Assembly (NCBI GenBank): GCA_023378865.1
Contig: JAMCSP010000026.1
Location: 1 to 53,797 of the forward strand
DNA from: Candidatus Parvarchaeota archaeon
GTDB taxonomy: Archaea > Nanobdellota > Nanobdellia > Parvarchaeales > Parvarchaeaceae
Reading direction: 5' to 3'
DNA: 53,797 nucleotides
Shown here: positions 47,684-53,797 of the stretch, piece by piece
Numbering within the stretch: the first letter of the stretch is position 1
Layout of the letters: each line of letters opens with the position of its first letter
The notes under the pieces: model-generated
Seen by the model: only the letters and a program-made list of their open reading frames with translations
Told to the model about the DNA's origin: nothing
Database searches by the model: none
Translations under genes and position numbers: made by a program

Positions 47684-48004
47684 TTACCTTTTCTGTTTTT
47701 TTAGCATAATCTTTATGTAGATCCAGCTTTCCAGGTTTTTTATCGGTCTTGTTATTGAGCCTTCTCCGAATATAGAGAGCAAAAGAAGAACCGCAGAAAC
47801 AGCAGTTATTATGTATATGAATGGATAAAGTATATTCATATAACCGAGTATAGCGGATATTATTATAGTTACAATAAACCCTACTTCCTTTCTGTAAAAG
47901 TAAGTTATTCCTACGCCGGCTATTATCATTGCAAAGAACAGGTATGCGATGTAAGGATTTGTCTGCACCATCGAATTTATCATTATGTACAGTATATTTG
48001 TCAT
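47684..48004 (-). CDS. Hypothetical membrane protein
   Basis: About 3 TM segments; ATAA/ATGA-type overlap with pth2. Confidence 0.6.
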   Translation of the reverse strand: MTNILYIMINSMVQTNPYIAYLFFAMIIAGVGITYFYRKEVGFIVTIIISAILGYMNILYPFIYIITAVSAVLLLLSIFGEGSITRPIKNLESWIYIKIMLKKQKR

Positions 48005-48360
48005 AAAAGTTTTAGCTTTGCGGTTATTCTGTTTATTTCGTCTGTATAATAGGGCCCTATTCCGATTGCAGTTTCAGTTCCGGGAGGAACCTGCGTTTGA
48101 CCGGCATCTTTTACGACCTGAAATGGTATGCCGCTTCTTTTAAGCTTATTTTTCAGTTCCTCAAATTCATCCTGTTCGTTTACCTTCAATACTATTTTTG
48201 TTTCACCTTCTGCTAACCATTTTTTGGCTATTTCCGGATAATTTTTTTCAGTATTAAGAAAGCTCATAAGACTTGCATGAGAGCCCTGTGCTACCAATTT
48301 TCCTGCTCCCATCTTCAGGTCTTTCCTTAGTATTATAACCTGTTTTATATCTTTTTCCAT
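48001..48360 (-). CDS. pth2: Peptidyl-tRNA hydrolase Pth2
   Basis: KQVIILRKDLKMGAGKLVAQGSHAS, DAGQTQV and GIGP motifs. Confidence 0.95.
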   Translation of the reverse strand: MEKDIKQVIILRKDLKMGAGKLVAQGSHASLMSFLNTEKNYPEIAKKWLAEGETKIVLKVNEQDEFEELKNKLKRSGIPFQVVKDAGQTQVPPGTETAIGIGPYYTDEINRITAKLKLL

Positions 48361-48412
48361 ATATTATCTATAACAGAAACATATAAATATGAATCTGATA
48401 ATAAACTAACAA

Positions 48413-48598
48413 ATGGCAGAAGAGTTAGTTGAAACGGGAAAGAATTTTTGCATATCCTGCGAAAGAGATATATCAATAATAGATGATTCTGTGGTGTTCA
48501 ACTGCCCTAATTGCGGTACCAAGATTTCAAGGTGCGGAAAATGCAGGGGAAGAGGAGTGAATTACACCTGCAAAGTATGCGGTTTTGTGGGGCCTTAA
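48413..48598 (+). CDS. Zn-ribbon RNA-binding protein (DUF1610)
   Basis: CISC, FNCPNCG, RCGKCR and YTCKVCGFVGP; usual neighbour of EF-1beta. Confidence 0.88.
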   Translation: MAEELVETGKNFCISCERDISIIDDSVVFNCPNCGTKISRCGKCRGRGVNYTCKVCGFVGP

Positions 48599-48599
48599 T

Positions 48600-48869
48600 A
48601 TGGGAAAGGTAGTAATAAAAATAAAGGCGCTTCCGAAAGATACTTCTTCTAATTTAGATGATGTATCAGAAAAAATAAAATCATTTCTTTCAAAATACGG
48701 TTCAATATACAAAGTGGAAGTGCAGCCCTTGGCATTCGGCTTAACAGTGATAATGATAACACTTGTAGCAGACGAAGAACAGGGAACTTCAAAGATCGAA
48801 GAGGCATTTGCGTCATTCACTGATGCAAGTCTGAGCATATCAGAAGTAAGCAGAGCACCGGATTTCTGA
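48600..48869 (+). CDS. ef1b: Elongation factor 1-beta
   Basis: MGKVVIKIKALP...PLAFGL motif. Confidence 0.9.
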   Translation: MGKVVIKIKALPKDTSSNLDDVSEKIKSFLSKYGSIYKVEVQPLAFGLTVIMITLVADEEQGTSKIEEAFASFTDASLSISEVSRAPDF

Positions 48870-49928
48870 TTATTTTAGATTATTTGCTTCTTCCAAAAAC
48901 AGATTCTTAAATTTCTCCTTATCTTTGTAATCTATAGAGCCACCGGATGCCTTATCATGCCCTCCGCCCTCACCTTTCATCTTTTTGAATATATTGTTAA
49001 GCATTGCAGGCAATTTTATATCTACACCGTTTGCCCTTAAGTTAAGACGCATAGTTCTTCCGTTTATTTTTGTCATGAAAACAAGGACATTACCGTAGTA
49101 TTCCTTGTCAAAACTGAGCTCAGTAACAAGTGTGGATGAATACCTCTTCTTTTTCTGGTCCAATTCATAAAAGTATATTCTTCCTAATCTCTGGGCGTTC
49201 TCCCTGAAATCTTTTTTCAGTTTTTCAAGTTCTTCTCTTACTTTTTTGTCTGCAAAAACAAGTTTTTGATTATTAAGAACGTCGGCAATAGAATTACTAT
49301 TAATTATGATTCCCAGAGCTTCATCTGCACCTTCTCTATTGTATAAAGTAGTCATTGAGCCTATCATTCCGGCAGCTTTCCCAAAGTCATTGTCGTACAT
49401 AAAATCATCCTTTCCTATTTTTACTCCATATTTTTCCGCCGTCTTTTTAACAAAATCGGAATTTTCCTTTCCTCCGGAATCTCCCACTAGGCCTATTGCG
49501 GCAGCCCAGTCAAGTTCTTTTATTTCCTGTTCGAATATTCTGTAAACAAGCAGCGAACAGGGGGTATAAGTAAGATCGCCCCAGATTTTTGGATTTGAAT
49601 ATGCCGGCAAATCAGCATTTATTATCTGATGATGGTCTATTATACAAAGGTTCTTATCCTTGAACAGTTGCAACTGGTCTTCCCTTATCTGCATATCACA
49701 TACTATTATGTTCTTGCTGTATTCCTGCATGTCAATATTTTTGTAGTCCTCATAGTTAGTAGGCCTGTAATAGTAAACTCCTTTGTTCATTTTTTTTAGG
49801 GCAGCAGTAAGCAAGGCTGCACTTACTATTCCATCCGTATCAAGATGGTAAAAAACAGTAAAATCATTGTTTTTCGATATGAAATCTCTTACACTCTCTA
49901 TGCTTTCTTTTTTCTTAATCTCATCCAT
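48870..49928 (-). CDS. DHH/DHHA1 phosphoesterase (RecJ-like)
   Basis: HLDTDG, IIDHH, GLVGD and GGGHDKASG motifs. Confidence 0.9.
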   Translation of the reverse strand: MDEIKKKESIESVRDFISKNNDFTVFYHLDTDGIVSAALLTAALKKMNKGVYYYRPTNYEDYKNIDMQEYSKNIIVCDMQIREDQLQLFKDKNLCIIDHHQIINADLPAYSNPKIWGDLTYTPCSLLVYRIFEQEIKELDWAAAIGLVGDSGGKENSDFVKKTAEKYGVKIGKDDFMYDNDFGKAAGMIGSMTTLYNREGADEALGIIINSNSIADVLNNQKLVFADKKVREELEKLKKDFRENAQRLGRIYFYELDQKKKRYSSTLVTELSFDKEYYGNVLVFMTKINGRTMRLNLRANGVDIKLPAMLNNIFKKMKGEGGGHDKASGGSIDYKDKEKFKNLFLEEANNLK

Positions 49929-49966
49929 AAGAATATCTGCAGATTATATTACTAATATTTATATGT

Positions 49967-52147
49967 TCAGTTCGCGAACTTTTTAAGTAAATTATCAAGC
50001 AAACGATTATATCTTGATCCGCCATCTGTCTGCATAGTATTTCTTATTCCTTGCAGGGGTATAAGCCTGTACTTTAAGTAAGAAGTTCCTATAGTTGTAT
50101 CGGTAGGTATGTAAAGTTCACTTATTCCCTTTGTGTAATTTGGCTTATGTATTATGTAACTTTCGAAGTAAGTTTCATTTTCAAGTGCAGGCACTGTAAT
50201 TGCTGCCATAGTTTTCCATTCTTCATCCTTCTTTTTTAATGCAAATTTTATTCCAGGTTCATGACAATCGCCTGCCATTGCTATATCAACCAGATCTTTT
50301 CCGGTGTTCTTAACGGTATTCATAAGAGATGTTCTTGCATCTACTCCACCTCTATAACCCGCACTGTGCATCTGCAGCAGTCCATATCTATCCAGGTATG
50401 GTGTTTCTCCCCTCAAAAGGTAATCGTCCACGTAAACAACTTCTTTAGTGCCGCTGTTTTCGAGCTTTGGTCCTATCATCCTGCCTTCGCTTCCGTTTCC
50501 AGTAGCTCTTTCAAAATGGTTTCCGCCAACGACATATGCCTTTTCAAATAAAGACCCCAATGGTTTAAGATATCTGTCAAGTCTCTTCTCCTGTTGGCCC
50601 AGGTCTATATCTGAATTGCCGTAAACTACTTTATGCAATTCAGACATGAAATTGCTCCTTGCCCTATCCTTGTCATTATCATTTAGTATGTCCTCAAGCT
50701 TTCCTAAAAATTCCTCTGGGCTTGGGGCTCTTGGCAAAGACATTTTAGTTCTCTGTGCCTTGTCGTTTCCGCCGTCTACCATGTCACCGCCTACAAACAA
50801 TATCCTCTTGTCTTTTGGTACCTGGCTTTTATTTATTATTTCCGGAATTTTTTCCATTGCTTCGTAATCTGATGCGGCATTTCCAACATGCCAGTCCGAT
50901 ATCTGGACCATCTCATAAAGTGATCCTTTAGTCTTTTCTTTGTCTATTCTGTACGGGTTTATACCTTTTTTAATTCCGCCTATGTCAATGTGTTCTATTT
51001 CAACGCTTTTGTCACCGTAAACTGATAATAATGATATTCCGCTGTCTTCAAACTGTGACAGCCTTTTTGACACATCAGTCTTGTTTAGACTGGCCCTTAG
51101 TTTGAACTGCTTGTCTATGTCCATCAGTGGACCCTGATTTAATATCAATACAGGGTCTTTCCTGCTTTGATAATCCAAAGCAGTGAATTCAGTAGCAGAT
51201 CCTCTGCCCGTTATGTAAATGTCTGCAAGTCTGCCATACTGTGCATCCAAATTAGCGTAATCTACTATCATATTTATATTTCTGTCGCTTGGCTTTCCTT
51301 CGTTTAATCCTGCAGTAAGTGCATTTATTGCATGGAAAACCTTCACTTTGAAACCATTTATCAGTATTTCTGCATCGGGATTGTTGTCTTCCTTTTCACC
51401 CAAGAAATTTTCGAATCTTTTGTAGACTTTTATGTTGTCTTCATTTTTGCCGCCGTTTAATACCATGTTAATCAGGTGCAGATATATGTCATTTGCTTTG
51501 TCCTTTATGCCTTTTTTATCAGAGGTCTTCCACTGAGAAGCCTTAAATTTATAACTTTCAGGTATTATTGACATTATTCTTTCTATTTCATCAGGCATTT
51601 TATCTTCAAGTTTGTTCTGTTTCTTATTCTTCTTGTTTATTTTCATCTTTTCTTCTTCTTTGTTGTTTCTTCTGCTTAGCCTTTCCAGTGCCTCGATTAT
51701 CATCTTTACATTTTTGTAATCGGTAACACCGTAGATATAGTATATAGGTACGTTCCTTTTCTTTGCCTCGTATGCTATGCTTTTCATTTGAATCTTTGCA
51801 AGCCTTGCAGCTTCTGTTAAATCATCAATGGAGTCTGAATCGTTTTTACCACGTTTTACTTCGTTGTATATCTCTTCTCCGTATTTTTCCTTTAATCTGT
51901 CTTCAACTAAATCCAGCCTTTCTCCCCTTAATCTGCTGTATTTATCGGGAATATACGCTAAGCCACCATTTATTACTATTCCATCGATTTTTCCTTCATA
52001 GTTCTTTATTATCTGGCCAAGATTGTTTAATACATCTTTATTGCTTAATTTGGTTGCAAGCTCTAATTCGGACATAACAAGAAGTCTTAATTTCGAATCA
52101 GAAGCATCATTTGGTTTTATTATTTCCTCAAGTGTTTTATCCCCCAT
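49967..52147 (-). CDS. Large protein with C-terminal calcineurin-like phosphoesterase and degenerate N-terminal copy
   Basis: C-half has SDWHVG, GGDMVDG, GGNH, MHS and GDCHE. N-half has LLVMSE, IVINGG, YIYGVTD, VFH and IYITG. GGAGG SD upstream. Confidence 0.7.
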   Translation of the reverse strand: MGDKTLEEIIKPNDASDSKLRLLVMSELELATKLSNKDVLNNLGQIIKNYEGKIDGIVINGGLAYIPDKYSRLRGERLDLVEDRLKEKYGEEIYNEVKRGKNDSDSIDDLTEAARLAKIQMKSIAYEAKKRNVPIYYIYGVTDYKNVKMIIEALERLSRRNNKEEEKMKINKKNKKQNKLEDKMPDEIERIMSIIPESYKFKASQWKTSDKKGIKDKANDIYLHLINMVLNGGKNEDNIKVYKRFENFLGEKEDNNPDAEILINGFKVKVFHAINALTAGLNEGKPSDRNINMIVDYANLDAQYGRLADIYITGRGSATEFTALDYQSRKDPVLILNQGPLMDIDKQFKLRASLNKTDVSKRLSQFEDSGISLLSVYGDKSVEIEHIDIGGIKKGINPYRIDKEKTKGSLYEMVQISDWHVGNAASDYEAMEKIPEIINKSQVPKDKRILFVGGDMVDGGNDKAQRTKMSLPRAPSPEEFLGKLEDILNDNDKDRARSNFMSELHKVVYGNSDIDLGQQEKRLDRYLKPLGSLFEKAYVVGGNHFERATGNGSEGRMIGPKLENSGTKEVVYVDDYLLRGETPYLDRYGLLQMHSAGYRGGVDARTSLMNTVKNTGKDLVDIAMAGDCHEPGIKFALKKKDEEWKTMAAITVPALENETYFESYIIHKPNYTKGISELYIPTDTTIGTSYLKYRLIPLQGIRNTMQTDGGSRYNRLLDNLLKKFAN

Positions 52148-52217
52148 AATGTACCCCTCCTGTTAATAGATGGATTTTTCCTTTTATAAATTAAAGTTGA
52201 GTATTACTATAGTATTA

Positions 52218-53510
52218 CTAAATTTCGCTGAAGCCTGTGTACTTTCTAAGCACGTCCGGAATAATTATAGTTCCGTCTTTCTGTTGATAAGTATCAATTA
52301 TCGCTATCATTGTTCTTTGAATTGGCAGCCCTGTTCCGTCTAAAGTGTAAACATAATCTTTATTTCCTTTTTTATCCGCATATTTTATATTTAATCTTCT
52401 TGATATCCAGTCTGTTGTATTGTCAAACGATCCTACTTCCCTGTATTTTTCCTGAGAGTAAAGATAAGCTTCTATGTCATACTGTTTTACATCCCTAACG
52501 CCCATATCTCCTGTAGAGCAGCTTACTACCCTGTATGGTATATTTAGCTCTTTCCAGATCTCTTCGATATTTCCAAGCATTTCTTCATGGAAGCGTTTTG
52601 AATCTTCAGGCTTGCATAGTACTATCTGCTCCGTCTGATCGAATTGGTGCAGCCTAAATATTCCTTTTGTGTCTTTCCCATGCGCTCCCGCTTCCTTTCT
52701 GAAAGCAGGGCTTACTCCTACCATTTTTATAGGTAACTCTTCCTCAGGTATTACTTCATTTGAGTATTGTGCTATCATAGGGTGCTCGGTTGTAGAGATA
52801 AGAAAACGTTCTTCTTCCCCCTCTTCTTCTACGCCTGTAACCTTGTAAAGCGCATCTTCAAATGTTGCCATGTGTGCTATTCCGCTGTATATATCTCTTC
52901 TTATCATAAAAGGGGGTATGATTGGTGTATAACCCTTTGAAGCTATCTTTTGGATTGAGTACATCTCTAATGCAAGCTCTAATTGTACTAGTTTTCCTCT
53001 TATAAATACGAACCTGCTGCCCGCAATCTTTGCTGCTTTTTCAACGTCCAAAAGCCTTCTTTCCTCACCAAGATCAATATGGTTTTTAGTGGCAAAGTCT
53101 CTTTTTTTGATTTCTCCAAATTTTCTTATTTCAACATTGTCATTGTCATCCTTACCTTCAGGAGCCTCAGCACTTACAACATTAGGCAGCCATAAAAATA
53201 GATTTTTCGCTTCTTCTTCATATTTTGCTATTTCATCTTCCTCTGTTTTTATCTGCTGCATTATCTCTCTTACGTTTTTCCTTTCTTGTTCTTTCTCTTC
53301 TGTCTTATCTTTATTTTCAGCGAATTCTCTGCTTATTGTATTTCTTTTGTGTCTTAGTTCGTCTACTTCGCTTCTCTTCTTTTTAATAAGCTGATTTAAT
53401 TCGATTAATCTGTCAACAGGGTTTTCTATTGGAGGCGTTAAAAACCTCTTTTTTATAGAGGACAAAAGTTCATCTCTATGCTCATTTACATAATTTAAAT
53501 CGTAATTCAT
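52218..53510 (-). CDS. serS: Seryl-tRNA synthetase
   Basis: LPN, GSRF, STTEHP, FRKEAGAHGKDTKGIFRLHQF, YREVGS and IPDVLRKY motifs. Confidence 0.96.
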   Translation of the reverse strand: MNYDLNYVNEHRDELLSSIKKRFLTPPIENPVDRLIELNQLIKKKRSEVDELRHKRNTISREFAENKDKTEEKEQERKNVREIMQQIKTEEDEIAKYEEEAKNLFLWLPNVVSAEAPEGKDDNDNVEIRKFGEIKKRDFATKNHIDLGEERRLLDVEKAAKIAGSRFVFIRGKLVQLELALEMYSIQKIASKGYTPIIPPFMIRRDIYSGIAHMATFEDALYKVTGVEEEGEEERFLISTTEHPMIAQYSNEVIPEEELPIKMVGVSPAFRKEAGAHGKDTKGIFRLHQFDQTEQIVLCKPEDSKRFHEEMLGNIEEIWKELNIPYRVVSCSTGDMGVRDVKQYDIEAYLYSQEKYREVGSFDNTTDWISRRLNIKYADKKGNKDYVYTLDGTGLPIQRTMIAIIDTYQQKDGTIIIPDVLRKYTGFSEI

Positions 53511-53597
53511 ATGGAAATATTATAATTTATCAATAAAAGCTTTTTTGTTTGATTTTAAATAAGCTTTTATATTTTATCTGTAATTTCTAGTAATTAT

Positions 53598-53670
53598 GGG
53601 CCCGTGGTCCAGCGGTTATGACGTCTGCTTGACGTGCAGAAGACCAAGGGTTCGAATCCCTTCGGGCCCA
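53598..53670 (+). tRNA. tRNA-Val(GAC)
   Basis: Acceptor GGGCCCG/CGGGCCC, TCTGC TT GAC GT GCAGA, and GGTTCGAATCC. Confidence 0.96.
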
Positions 53671-53797
53671 CTATTTTTCTGTTGTCAGCTTCGTCCTCGC
53701 CTTCTATAACAAAAATAGATCCTTCTTGCAGTAGTCTGTGAAATCCATGCTTTATTCGAGCCATTTCATACAATAAATAACATTGCCAATTTATGCT

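Noticed and set aside
1-53797. CRISPR array, rRNA, IS elements
   Set aside because: No regularly spaced repeats, no long GC-rich RNA gene and no transposase-like ORF were found by eye.

Overview
Gene-dense, AT-rich chromosomal segment of a small-genome archaeon. A DPANN lineage such as Parvarchaeota/ARMAN is inferred from compactness, mostly leaderless genes and an intron-containing tRNA-Ile(UAU); the taxon is not proven. Most of the window is housekeeping: aminoacyl-tRNA synthetases (Trp, class II Lys, Val, Phe alpha/beta, Ser), thermosome, Lsm-L37e, Hel308, TtuA/Ncs6 plus SAMP-like carrier, RNase J, AK6-enolase-S2, MBF1, SepF, PrmC, PCNA, Pth2, EF-1beta and a DHH phosphoesterase. It also carries a glycogen-type set (GH57, GT3, GalT-like, GT4) and six tRNA genes, two with BHB introns. 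Most notable: (1) tandem type IV pilin genes built of nucleotide-identical blocks alternating with hypervariable blocks; (2) an RHH regulator and a CysD-like PP-loop enzyme that end in nearly the same 'KLRxxGYM' tail; (3) a CxxC-x17-CxxC mini-gene missing from the ORF track, preceded by an 80-nt G-U-rich leader hairpin; (4) tRNA-Ile(UAU); (5) an AbiEi/AbiEii islet at tRNA-Glu; (6) a 726-aa tandem degenerate+intact metallophosphoesterase. All calls come from motif recognition by eye; no searches were run.
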